Positions 45,125 to 54,466 of a DNA stretch of 64,000 nt are shown here, piece by piece. A program made the translations under genes and the position numbers. Under the pieces are notes generated by a model, which saw nothing but the letters and a program-made list of their open reading frames with translations, was not told the origin of the DNA and ran no database searches. Position 1 is the first letter of the stretch. The number at the start of each line of letters is the position of its first letter. Source of the stretch: Planctomycetota bacterium (GTDB lineage Bacteria > Planctomycetota > SZUA-567 > H5-PLA8); NCBI GenBank assembly GCA_038227875.1, contig JBBRPR010000020.1, forward strand, positions 1 to 64,000, written 5' to 3'.

Positions 45125-47734
45125 TTGCGCCGGGGAAGCGTCTTGAACACTGTGAAATCCGATTCCGTCAGCGGCGATTCAAAGGACGGCGATTCCGCCA
45201 GCGAAGCGACGTTGCGCATCGACGGCGGGACCAAAGCCGCGCCCCTGCACACACCCAAGCCGGCCCCAGCTCCGATTGGCGACGAGACGATTGCCATTCC
45301 GGGCGGCACGGCGGCGGTGCATCCCTCCGGCGGATACGCCATGAGCGTGGAGGAGACGGCATCCGGCCGGATCGTCACGCGCAAATACGCGGTGGAACGC
45401 GAAGTGGCGCGCGGCGGCATGGGCGCGATTCTGCGCGTCACCGATCTGAACATCAAACGCGAAGTCGCGATGAAGGTGATGCTCGGCGAAGCCGATCCGG
45501 TTACCTGCGTCCGCTTCATCGAAGAAGCTCGCATTACCGGGCGGCTTGAGCATCCAAATATCGTCCCGGTCCACGACTTGGGTATCGACGACGAGGGCCG
45601 GCACTACTTCACAATGAAGCTGGTGAACGGCCGAACCCTGGGCGATCTGCTGGATGAAGTACGCATAAAGAAAGAGAAGGGCCGAACGCTCACGCAGTTT
45701 CTCCAGATATTCATCAACACGTCTCACGCCGTGGCGTTCGCGCATTCGCGGGGCGTGATCCATCGCGACTTGAAGCCGGCCAACATCATGATCGGCGATT
45801 TCGGCGAAGTGCTGGTGATGGATTGGGGCTTGGCTAAGGTCAAGGCGGCTCACGGCCAACCGGCCGCCGCGCCGCATGCGCCGGTGAATGTCGACGTGAA
45901 CGCGAACACCACCGATACCAGTCAGACGTTGCAAGGCACGATCATCGGCACGCCGGCATACATGTCTCCGGAGCAGGCGCGCGGTGACATCGAGCACATC
46001 GATGAACGCAGCGATATTTACGCGCTCGGCGCAGTGCTCTATGAAATTCTGACGTTAAAGCCGCCCGTGGAAGGCAAAACCATTGCGATGCTGCTGGGCG
46101 CTGCGGCTGCGGGAAACATTGCGCTGCCGGAATACCGCAGCCCCGAACTAAAAGACAATATTCCGCCGGAGCTCGCGGCCATTGCGATGAAAGCACTCGC
46201 GACGCAGCCGGAGAAGCGCTACCGCACCGTCGACGAACTGATCACGGACATTCACCTTTATATGGAAGGCCGCTCGGTCAGTGCCAAAGAGGACACGGCG
46301 TTCGAGGCATTCCGCAAGCTGATCAACCGCAACCGCGCGGTCAGTCTCGTGGGCGGAGCGGCGCTCGCGACGCTGCTGATCTTCGGCATCATCAGCCATC
46401 AGTTGAATTCCGCGGCCCGCGCGCGGGCGGAAACTCAACGCGCCGTTGCGGAGAAGCATCTGGAAAACCTGCGCGACGAACAACAGCGCCGCCGCACCGA
46501 ACAGAAAAACGCAGCCCCTGCATTTCTGGGCCGCGCAAAGAGCTGCGCCGAAGCGCGGGACTTTGCCGGCGCGTTGCAGGATGTCGCCGTCGCGCTCAGC
46601 TTCGATCCGGAACTGCCCGGTGCGCATCTGTTGAAGGCGCAGATCCACATCGTCAAAAGCGAATTCTCCGACGCGCTGGCCGAACTCGACATCTATTCCA
46701 AATTGAAACCCGAGGACACCGACGCTTTTGAGCTCAAGCAGATCTGCAAAGGGGCCGGGGTGGATGTCACACCCGCGATGGCTTCGGCGCTGGCGGATAT
46801 TTTCATGCGACAGCAGGCGTTCGGGATCGCCGAGAGCATGCATTTGTCCGTCGAGAAGCAGCTGGAAGTCTACCGGCAGAAAGTCGCGAAGGCGTGGCCG
46901 GACAGCGGCGCGAAGCTGTTCAAGGATCATGACGGCCACTGCGTCGTGGATCTGAACCGATCCAAACTCGTCACCGATCTCTCGCCGCTGAAGGACATTC
47001 CCGTGCAACGACTGCAGATGCAGGAGACAGGCGTGCGCGACTTAAAGCCGCTCGAGGGGATGGCGCTGACGCATCTGTTGATGGAAGGCACCGCGGTCAA
47101 CGATTTGACGCCGCTCAAATCGGCGAAACTCGAAGTCTTCAACGCGATGAATGCGCGCGACCTGCGCGATTTGCAGCCGCTGGAAGGAATGCCCATCCGC
47201 TTCCTGAACGTCAGCGGCTGCCGCGGGCTGCGTGACATTGGCATACTCGCCGACATGCCACTGACGGATGTAAATCTGGCACTGACACGCGTGCGTGACA
47301 TCGCGCCGCTGGCGGGCCTGGAGATCAAACATCTCTACCTGACCTCGACGCTCGTCACCGATCTTTCGCCCATCAAGCTGATGCCGCTGGAAGGACTGTG
47401 GCTCGGCAAAACCAATGTCATGGATCTGAGCACGCTCAAGGGACAGCAGCTGAAAACTCTCTCGCTTTACGACTGTGAGAAAATCAGCGACCTGTCGCCC
47501 CTCAAGGGCATGCCGCTGGAGGATCTGGCCATCAATGGTTCAAAAGTTTCGGACCTGACGCCGCTGCAGGGGATGAAACTGAAAGCGTTCTCGTTTACGC
47601 CGAAGAACATCACCAAAGGGCTGGACTTGATCCGCTCCATGGACACGCTGCGGGAGATCGGCATCACGTCCGAGCAGCGGCTGGAGTCGTCGGAGTTCTG
47701 GAAGCGCTACGACGCCGGCGAGTTCAAAAATTAA
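45125..47734 (+). CDS. Hanks-type Ser/Thr protein kinase with TM helix, TPR-like region and leucine-rich repeats
   Basis: RGGMG, VAMK, HRDLKPAN, DWG, GTPAYMSPE; LRR units V.DL.PL.G..L; start uncertain. Confidence 0.93.
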   Translation: MRRGSVLNTVKSDSVSGDSKDGDSASEATLRIDGGTKAAPLHTPKPAPAPIGDETIAIPGGTAAVHPSGGYAMSVEETASGRIVTRKYAVEREVARGGMGAILRVTDLNIKREVAMKVMLGEADPVTCVRFIEEARITGRLEHPNIVPVHDLGIDDEGRHYFTMKLVNGRTLGDLLDEVRIKKEKGRTLTQFLQIFINTSHAVAFAHSRGVIHRDLKPANIMIGDFGEVLVMDWGLAKVKAAHGQPAAAPHAPVNVDVNANTTDTSQTLQGTIIGTPAYMSPEQARGDIEHIDERSDIYALGAVLYEILTLKPPVEGKTIAMLLGAAAAGNIALPEYRSPELKDNIPPELAAIAMKALATQPEKRYRTVDELITDIHLYMEGRSVSAKEDTAFEAFRKLINRNRAVSLVGGAALATLLIFGIISHQLNSAARARAETQRAVAEKHLENLRDEQQRRRTEQKNAAPAFLGRAKSCAEARDFAGALQDVAVALSFDPELPGAHLLKAQIHIVKSEFSDALAELDIYSKLKPEDTDAFELKQICKGAGVDVTPAMASALADIFMRQQAFGIAESMHLSVEKQLEVYRQKVAKAWPDSGAKLFKDHDGHCVVDLNRSKLVTDLSPLKDIPVQRLQMQETGVRDLKPLEGMALTHLLMEGTAVNDLTPLKSAKLEVFNAMNARDLRDLQPLEGMPIRFLNVSGCRGLRDIGILADMPLTDVNLALTRVRDIAPLAGLEIKHLYLTSTLVTDLSPIKLMPLEGLWLGKTNVMDLSTLKGQQLKTLSLYDCEKISDLSPLKGMPLEDLAINGSKVSDLTPLQGMKLKAFSFTPKNITKGLDLIRSMDTLREIGITSEQRLESSEFWKRYDAGEFKN

Positions 47735-47840
47735 TTTAGTCGAACCTGTCAGGTTTACCTTTTCCCACACTTCAAATGACGGTATTGCGAAAAAATTCTG
47801 TTTCGCGATGATGCTCGCTTCCTTTCGCGGGGAGTGATGC

Positions 47841-49166
47841 ATGCCGGAAACGCAGGATCTCGAAACTCGAACCATTTCCAAAGTGACATGGCGGTTGATC
47901 CCGTTCATGATTTTTTTGTATCTGCTCAATTACCTCGACCGCGTCAACATCGGCGTGGCCAAGCTGCAGATGTCGAAGGATCTGAATTTCAACAACACTG
48001 TCTACAGCATCGCCGTCAGCGCGTTTTACATCGGCTACTGCGCGTTTGAAGTTCCCAGCAACCTGATCATGGACCGCGTCGGCGCGCGCATCTGGATCGC
48101 GCGCATCATGATTTCGTGGGGCCTGGTCTCCGCGGCAATGATGTTCATCACCGGGCCGTGGAGCTTTTACGGCATGCGTCTGCTGCTGGGTGCAGCCGAA
48201 GCGGGATTTTTTCCGGGGATGATTCTCTATCTTTCGTATTGGATTCCCCGTCGCCAGCGCGCACAGGCTGCGGCGTGGTTCCTCACCTCGACGGCGCTCT
48301 CCGGCGTAATCGGCAACCCGCTTGCCGGACAAATCATGCGCCTGGACGGCTACCGCAATCTTCTCGGCTGGCAGTGGCTTTTCATGATCGAAGGCCTGGT
48401 CACGGTCGTCTTCGGTTTCGTCGTCTACTATTACCTCACCGATCGTCCCGAGCACGCCACGTGGCTGGACGATGACGAGCGGACGTGGCTGTGCGATCAC
48501 ATGAACCAGGAAAACGCCGGCAACGCGCACGGACATCACAACATCGGCGTGGCATTGAAGGACAAAAAAGTGTGGTGCTTAAGTTACGTCTACGCCACCA
48601 TTCTGCTCGCGTTCTACTGCATCATTTACTGGACGCCGACGATTTTGAAGCAAGTCCTGCATACGGACGACACGACGCGAATCTCCACGCTCTCCGCGCT
48701 TCCCTTCGTCGCCGCGGTGATCGGCATGGTGCTGATCGGGCGCAATTCCGATCGCACCGGCGAGCACATGCGGCACACGGCCTACGGTTGTCTGGCCGGT
48801 TGCCTGGGAATGCTGATCGCCTGCTATTTCACCAGCTCACCGGCGCTGACGATTCTCGGGCTCTCGATTTCCGCGGCCGGAACCTTCGGCACGCTGGGGC
48901 CCTTCTGGGCGATGCCGGCGAGTTTTCTGCGCGGCGCGGCCGCCGCGGCGGGAATCGCCGCGATCAATGCGCTCGGCAATGTGGGCGGCGGTTTGCTTGG
49001 GCCGCCGGTCATTGGCAGCCTGAAAGATTCCACCGGAACCTACGTCGTCGGACTGGCGATCGTCGCCGGCGCGCTGCTCAGTGGTTACTGCCTTGCGCTG
49101 AGCCTCGACAAGCCAAACTCACCTGAGCCGATTACGCAACCGGCCAGCGCGCCCGCTACCGCTTGA
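47841..49166 (+). CDS. MFS transporter, anion:cation symporter family (TtuB/RhmT-like)
   Basis: NYLDRVNI, FEVPSNL, WIARIMISWG, EAGFFPG, GWQWLF.IEG. Confidence 0.93.
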   Translation: MPETQDLETRTISKVTWRLIPFMIFLYLLNYLDRVNIGVAKLQMSKDLNFNNTVYSIAVSAFYIGYCAFEVPSNLIMDRVGARIWIARIMISWGLVSAAMMFITGPWSFYGMRLLLGAAEAGFFPGMILYLSYWIPRRQRAQAAAWFLTSTALSGVIGNPLAGQIMRLDGYRNLLGWQWLFMIEGLVTVVFGFVVYYYLTDRPEHATWLDDDERTWLCDHMNQENAGNAHGHHNIGVALKDKKVWCLSYVYATILLAFYCIIYWTPTILKQVLHTDDTTRISTLSALPFVAAVIGMVLIGRNSDRTGEHMRHTAYGCLAGCLGMLIACYFTSSPALTILGLSISAAGTFGTLGPFWAMPASFLRGAAAAAGIAAINALGNVGGGLLGPPVIGSLKDSTGTYVVGLAIVAGALLSGYCLALSLDKPNSPEPITQPASAPATA

Positions 49167-52100
49167 ATTCCATCGTTCCAAATTTGGATGGATTGTGGAA
49201 CGAGTGGCCGACGAATGCCCAGGAGCTGGTCTCCGACGGTTGCGGCTGACGGTTGCGGCAGAGGTTTACGCCCCAGACGCCGCCCTCCTTGGCTTCCGCG
49301 CCGAGTGATTTGAGCGTCACGGACATTTCCACGCGCCACAGTCCTTTTTCCTTGCTCACCGCGGTTTGAATGTCTCCGTTCCAGAGCGGATCGCGGCCGT
49401 CTTCGTCTTCAATCGTGCCGAGACAGTTGATGGCAATGTGCTTGTACGTCTGCTTGTCGTGCTTCGTGTCGAGGAACAATTCCACCGAGTCGTCTTCCCA
49501 GCACGCGTCGTCGCGATTGATGGCGTAACCTTTCAGTTCGCCATACTTCGGCTCGTTGCACGTGAAAAGAAAATAGAGCTTCTCGCCGTCGCAGAGCGTA
49601 TTGACGTGCGTCTGCACCGGCGCGAAAATTCCCTGCGCCAGATTGACGAAGTCGGTGACTTCCGTCGCATCTTTCCAGACCGGATCGCTGCCCTTGCCGT
49701 CGATCGCCGGCCCTTTGGCCACAAGCTTGCAGATGACGCGCCGATCTTCCTCCAGCGCCTGTTTTGGGAACATCGCCCACGCCGCGTCGACTTTCTTCGC
49801 GACCCGATTTTCCTTCATCGCTACGATGTATTCCGCGATCTGGGCGCGCCAGAAATCGAAATACGCCGTTGCCTTCGATTCGTCGTACGTGCCGCCCGCT
49901 TCCGCGCCGGTGGTCTGGCCGATGTCTTCCGGATATTCGGGCAGGAATTTATTCAGCACCGTCAAAAACGCCTGCGTGTCCTTGGCGGCCGGCGTGGTCT
50001 TATCCGTGATGTTCAGCGTTTCATTCAGCAGTTCAAGGTAGCGGTGATCGTCGATGCCTTCGCGTACGTTCTCGTACTTCAACGTATTGAGGAATCCGCC
50101 CGGGCAGACGAAAATTGCCGACGACTCTTGTTCGAAAAAGACCGGCACGTTCGCATTGCAGACTTCCCACGAGTAGACCCACTGCCAGTGGCCCAAGGCT
50201 TTGCACTTCCACAGATAGTAGCCATGAGCAAAGCGCGTGAAGCCGTTGTTATAGCACCAGAAGTCCGCGATCTTTTCGACTCCGGCGAGGTAGATGATGT
50301 TGTCGGAACCCGGCCACGAATGCGTGGACATCACGTCGATCAGCGAAACCAGCGGCGCGTACGGACGGCCGAAAGCGTCCTTGTCACCCATGATCGTAAC
50401 CATGGTTTTCAGTCCGGGAACTTCGCGGGCCAGGCGCAACAGCTTGATCGTGTCGCGCCGGTTGAAATTCCAATCGTTCAATTCGGTTTCGCGCGGTTCG
50501 TCGGTGACTTGCAGGATGCCGTTGATGTCGTTCTTCTTCATCCAATCGCGGACGTCGGCCATCATCTGCTTGAGCGCCGTGTTGTACTGCGGACTGAATT
50601 CGGTGAAGCCGTGCTTCAACAAACCGTACTTCGCCAAGCCATCAACGCCGAATTTGTGGCGACCAGTCATGCCAAATTTCTTGATCGCTGCCGCTTTCAA
50701 ATCATACACATGAAAGTCGAGCGTCGCCGACTGCGTGCCGAAGTCGTAGCTCTTCGCGGTGGGCCCGTCGAACGAGAAGCAATTCAAGCCGTGTTCGGTC
50801 ATGTTCTTGCATTCGGCGTCGAGGATCTTCGATGCCGCTTCGTCGTTGGGGAACGCGTCGATCTGGTGGCTGGAGAGAGCGCCATTGTCCCACATGCCGC
50901 ACTCGGTTTTCGTCTTCGGCAGATCGAATGGATAGACCGTGATCGTCAGTGCAATCTTGGCCGCCTCGCCGTTGGCAGGCGTGAGCGTGATCGTGCCCTT
51001 GTATTCTCCGGCTGGTGTTCCCGCCGGAACGTGCAGCGTCATCCAATACTGCGTGTTCCAATCCTTCTTCAGCTCTGCGTCAAAGTACGGATAAAGCACC
51101 GTCGGCAGCGGCTCGTACCAGAAGCCGTCGACCTTTTGCGGGAAGTATTTGACGATGAACTTCTCCAGCGTTTCTGGCGCGAGTTTCTTGTCGCCCGCAG
51201 CGAGTTCCGAAATCGCGAGCTTGGCCACGCCCAGATCCTTGAGCGGCCGCACCGCGAACGTCACCGGTTCAAATTCGTTGGCCGCGCACGCGACTTTCAA
51301 TCCGTCGGGGATGAGCTCCTCGTTGGTCGGCTGCGAATTCGGATAAACCCGGTACTGGTAATTGCGCGCGAACAACTGGTAACCGCGCTGCTGGTCCGCG
51401 GCATTCGCAGCGACGCCATTCTTCGGCGCTTCGTGATCGCGGACGCGTGCCTGGTTGAGCCACAATCCGTACGCCTCTTCCGCGTAGCAGCATTCAACGA
51501 ACGCGCGACCCTCCTCGGCCATGGCCTTGGGATACACCCACAGCGCGTGGACACCACAATTCTCGAACTTCAGCGCGAGCTTGCCATCCGCAGCTTTCGT
51601 TTCGAAGCGATGACCTTCGAAATACTTGCGGTGGTATTGATCGAAGAGCGAACGAGCAGGGTTGTAGAAAAGATTTGCGCCGTAGTATTGATTGTCGAAG
51701 GTGTAGAAATTCTCCGGCGTAACCTTCACATCCACCAGCGGAGCCTCTCCGGCCAGGATCCGATACGACGAACTGCGCACGCCCTGCCAACTCGTGCCGA
51801 ACGCCACAGCGTGAACTTCGTAATCGCCATCAGGAACTTTGGTCGTGAACGCCAGATTTGTGCCAACAATGTCTGAACCCAACAGCGGGAACTTTGGCTG
51901 CCAGTTTTGTACGCCAATGTCCGTGCCACTCACGCCGTAAGTCTTGTCGTTTTCGAAAATGGACTTTGGATTGATCGGGATCGCACCCGGCGTGGTCGAT
52001 CCGAACGTGAACAGTTGCAGCTTCGACGCGTCGGTGAACACTTTCTGCGCGGCAACCTTGCCGAATTTCAAATTGGCCGGATCGCCCTGGCGTGGAATCG

Positions 52101-52593
52101 AGACGCGGAGTTTCTTGAGTTTCGAGAGCTCCAATTTCTCAGCGCCGCCATCCTTCGCGACCCACCAGATCGGAAACGCGACGGTGGTCGATCCGGGATC
52201 CAGTGGCATGGCGAACGTCGCGGCGCCACCGTCGGTGCCCAGTATCAGCTTGGCCTGCACGCGCACCTTGCCGGCGTTCTGTACGTCGAAGCGGAGCAGA
52301 TCGGATTTCGAGAGATCCTTTTCGCCACTCCACAATTCGATCGTTGGCCCCTCCTCACGCGCAGGGAACGTCGCGGAGAGCCAGCCTTCGCCGACCTCCA
52401 CTTTGGTTTGCGGATGCAGCGATTTTGCCGTGGAGTTTTGTTTGTCGGTGTAATCCGTCAGAACTACCTGCTCCAGCACCGGGCGCTTGAGCAGCAAGCG
52501 TTCGGGGGTGGCTTCAACGGCGAATGCGGAGCAGAGGAAGCCCTGTAAAGCAAGAACCAGACAAGTGATTGCTGCCTTGATGGAGTGCGGCAT
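49156..52593 (-). CDS. Large secreted putative glycoside hydrolase (GH123/DUF4091-like) with C-terminal CBM9-like domain
   Basis: Signal peptide after GGAG SD; NEFEPVTF, TDEP, YENVREGIDDHRY; C-terminal PAIDG...W, DDSVELFLD, WGVNLCR, FHNPSKFG. Confidence 0.75.
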   Translation of the reverse strand: MPHSIKAAITCLVLALQGFLCSAFAVEATPERLLLKRPVLEQVVLTDYTDKQNSTAKSLHPQTKVEVGEGWLSATFPAREEGPTIELWSGEKDLSKSDLLRFDVQNAGKVRVQAKLILGTDGGAATFAMPLDPGSTTVAFPIWWVAKDGGAEKLELSKLKKLRVSIPRQGDPANLKFGKVAAQKVFTDASKLQLFTFGSTTPGAIPINPKSIFENDKTYGVSGTDIGVQNWQPKFPLLGSDIVGTNLAFTTKVPDGDYEVHAVAFGTSWQGVRSSSYRILAGEAPLVDVKVTPENFYTFDNQYYGANLFYNPARSLFDQYHRKYFEGHRFETKAADGKLALKFENCGVHALWVYPKAMAEEGRAFVECCYAEEAYGLWLNQARVRDHEAPKNGVAANAADQQRGYQLFARNYQYRVYPNSQPTNEELIPDGLKVACAANEFEPVTFAVRPLKDLGVAKLAISELAAGDKKLAPETLEKFIVKYFPQKVDGFWYEPLPTVLYPYFDAELKKDWNTQYWMTLHVPAGTPAGEYKGTITLTPANGEAAKIALTITVYPFDLPKTKTECGMWDNGALSSHQIDAFPNDEAASKILDAECKNMTEHGLNCFSFDGPTAKSYDFGTQSATLDFHVYDLKAAAIKKFGMTGRHKFGVDGLAKYGLLKHGFTEFSPQYNTALKQMMADVRDWMKKNDINGILQVTDEPRETELNDWNFNRRDTIKLLRLAREVPGLKTMVTIMGDKDAFGRPYAPLVSLIDVMSTHSWPGSDNIIYLAGVEKIADFWCYNNGFTRFAHGYYLWKCKALGHWQWVYSWEVCNANVPVFFEQESSAIFVCPGGFLNTLKYENVREGIDDHRYLELLNETLNITDKTTPAAKDTQAFLTVLNKFLPEYPEDIGQTTGAEAGGTYDESKATAYFDFWRAQIAEYIVAMKENRVAKKVDAAWAMFPKQALEEDRRVICKLVAKGPAIDGKGSDPVWKDATEVTDFVNLAQGIFAPVQTHVNTLCDGEKLYFLFTCNEPKYGELKGYAINRDDACWEDDSVELFLDTKHDKQTYKHIAINCLGTIEDEDGRDPLWNGDIQTAVSKEKGLWRVEMSVTLKSLGAEAKEGGVWGVNLCRNRQPQPSETSSWAFVGHSFHNPSKFGTMEFKR

Positions 52594-52784
52594 GAGTGCG
52601 GGTGACTCCTGTTTTAGCTTTGAGCTACACGTGATCAACGGAAGTGTATACACTGGAAAAGTCATAACAGTTTAACAATTGCGGGGTGGTACTTAGTACG
52701 CCACAAAATGGAATTCGGCTCTTTTTTCCCGAATGATTTTGAGGGCATCGGGCCTCGTAACTGTTAAGGATCCCGGAGGCGTTA

Positions 52785-53396
52785 GTGGGTGTCGGGTCCG
52801 AGTACTTGAACGACACGGCTCTGGCTAAGCGGATGCTGGCCGGAGACGAGCGTGCGTTTGAGGATTTCTTCGCAGCGTATTTTCCCGGGCTGTTCCGGTT
52901 CGCGCTTTTCCGCGTCGAAAGCGATGCCGGCGCGGCGGAGGAAATTACGCAGGCTGCGCTGTGCGCGGCGATGCTGAAGATCGAAAGCTACCGGGGCGAA
53001 GCGCCGCTGTTTTCGTGGCTGTGTACGTTCTGTCGTCACGAAATTTCGGCCTACTACACCCGCATGCAGCGTTCGCCGGCCTCGCTGGGCATTGCCGACG
53101 ACGAGGCCGTGCAGGCGGTGCTCGATTCGCTTCAGGCGGCGGAATACCACGGCCCGGAGCAGACGCTGCGCCGCAAGGAGCTGGCGGAACTGGTGCGTCA
53201 GGCGCTCGACCGCCTGCCTCACCATTACGGTAACGCGTTGGAATGGAAGTACGTCGAGAATCTGTCGGTGAACGAAATCGCGGAACGTCTGGGCATGGGG
53301 CCCAAGGCCGCGGAATCGTTGTTAATGCGCGCGCGCACGGCTTTTCGCGAATGTTTCGCGGCCGTCTGTGGCGGGCAGTCTAATCTGGAAACGTAG
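52785..53396 (+). CDS. ECF RNA polymerase sigma factor
   Basis: AFEDFF...LFRFA, SYRGEA.LFSWL, KAAESLLMRAR. Confidence 0.92.
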   Translation: MGVGSEYLNDTALAKRMLAGDERAFEDFFAAYFPGLFRFALFRVESDAGAAEEITQAALCAAMLKIESYRGEAPLFSWLCTFCRHEISAYYTRMQRSPASLGIADDEAVQAVLDSLQAAEYHGPEQTLRRKELAELVRQALDRLPHHYGNALEWKYVENLSVNEIAERLGMGPKAAESLLMRARTAFRECFAAVCGGQSNLET

Positions 53397-53399
53397 CGA

Positions 53400-53431
53400 T
53401 CTCCCTTAGTGACCCGAGTCATTAAGGGAGA
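53400..53431 (+). promoter_or_regulatory. Intercistronic stem-loop between ECF sigma and FecR genes
   Basis: TCTCCCTTAGTGAC-CCGA-GTCATTAAGGGAGA, 14-bp stem with one G-U pair, no U tract. Confidence 0.55.
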
Positions 53432-53443
53432 ACTGGGAATCAA

Positions 53444-54448
53444 ATGGCCAATCGAGCCCGTGCGAACGATACACCGGAAGGGCAGGATCCCCTGGCGGAT
53501 TTAATCCGCTCTGCGGGCCGCCGTCCGCCCATCGCGCCGGGCCGCGAGCAGCGCGTCCACAAAGCGGTGATGGAGGAGTGGAAGCGCGTGGTGCGCAAGC
53601 GCCGCCTCCGGCGCCTCTCGATTTTCATTCCCTCCGGACTGGTGGCGGCGGCGGTGCTGTTTGCCGTGGCCTCGCACCTCCTCAAGGCAGCCGCGCCCAA
53701 ACCGCAAACGGTCGCCACGATTGAATTTCTCGATGGCACACTCAACGAAAGCCGCACCAATTCTCTCCGCGCCGTGAAACTCGGCGACGCCATCACCACC
53801 GACAGCACGCTCGAAACCACGGCCACCGGCCGCGCGTCGTTGCGCCTGGCGGACGGACAGTCTTTGCGCCTGGATGTGGGCACGAAGTTGCGCATCCTCT
53901 CGAGCGGCTTTCATCTCGAAACCGGCGCCGTATACGTGGATTCGGCCAAGCCTTCAGGCTCGAAAGCCAAGGAGTCGGTGCGCATCGAGACCGATTACGC
54001 GGAAATCCGCGACGTCGGTACGCAATTTGAAGTTCGCTTGATCGAAGCCGCACGGCCGCTCTCCGTCCGCGTGCGCGAAGGGCGCGTGGATTTCAAGCGC
54101 GGCACCGACAAGGCCTCGGTCGGCGCCGGTGAGGAACTGACCTCCGCGCCCACGGGTCAGTTTGTGGCTCGCAAAATTTCCCTCGCCGATCCGCTCTGGG
54201 ATTGGGCTTCGGCCTGCGCGCCAGCGGTGCATCTCGATGGTCTGTCGTTGGAATTCGCGGTGACGTGGATCTGCCGCGAGCAAGGCTGGCAATTCAGCTA
54301 CGAAACCGAAGCGGCAAAGGCGCTGGCGAAGAAAACAATTCTGCATGGTTCGCTTGATGGCATTCCGCCACGCCGGGCGCTCGACGCCGTGCTGCCCGCA
54401 TCGGGATTGACCTATTCGTTCGATGGCACCTCAGTCCACATCAAATAA
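53444..54448 (+). CDS. FecR-domain anti-sigma / sensor protein
   Basis: Single TM helix; LRLADGQSLRLDVGT, IRDVGTQFEV, VRVREGRV; C-terminal LDGLSL... Confidence 0.9.
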   Translation: MANRARANDTPEGQDPLADLIRSAGRRPPIAPGREQRVHKAVMEEWKRVVRKRRLRRLSIFIPSGLVAAAVLFAVASHLLKAAAPKPQTVATIEFLDGTLNESRTNSLRAVKLGDAITTDSTLETTATGRASLRLADGQSLRLDVGTKLRILSSGFHLETGAVYVDSAKPSGSKAKESVRIETDYAEIRDVGTQFEVRLIEAARPLSVRVREGRVDFKRGTDKASVGAGEELTSAPTGQFVARKISLADPLWDWASACAPAVHLDGLSLEFAVTWICREQGWQFSYETEAAKALAKKTILHGSLDGIPPRRALDAVLPASGLTYSFDGTSVHIK

Positions 54449-54466
54449 TTCAAAAGGAGCGATCCG

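Noticed and set aside
49366..51876. 836-aa plus-strand ORF
   Set aside because: Antisense shadow of the putative glycoside hydrolase gene
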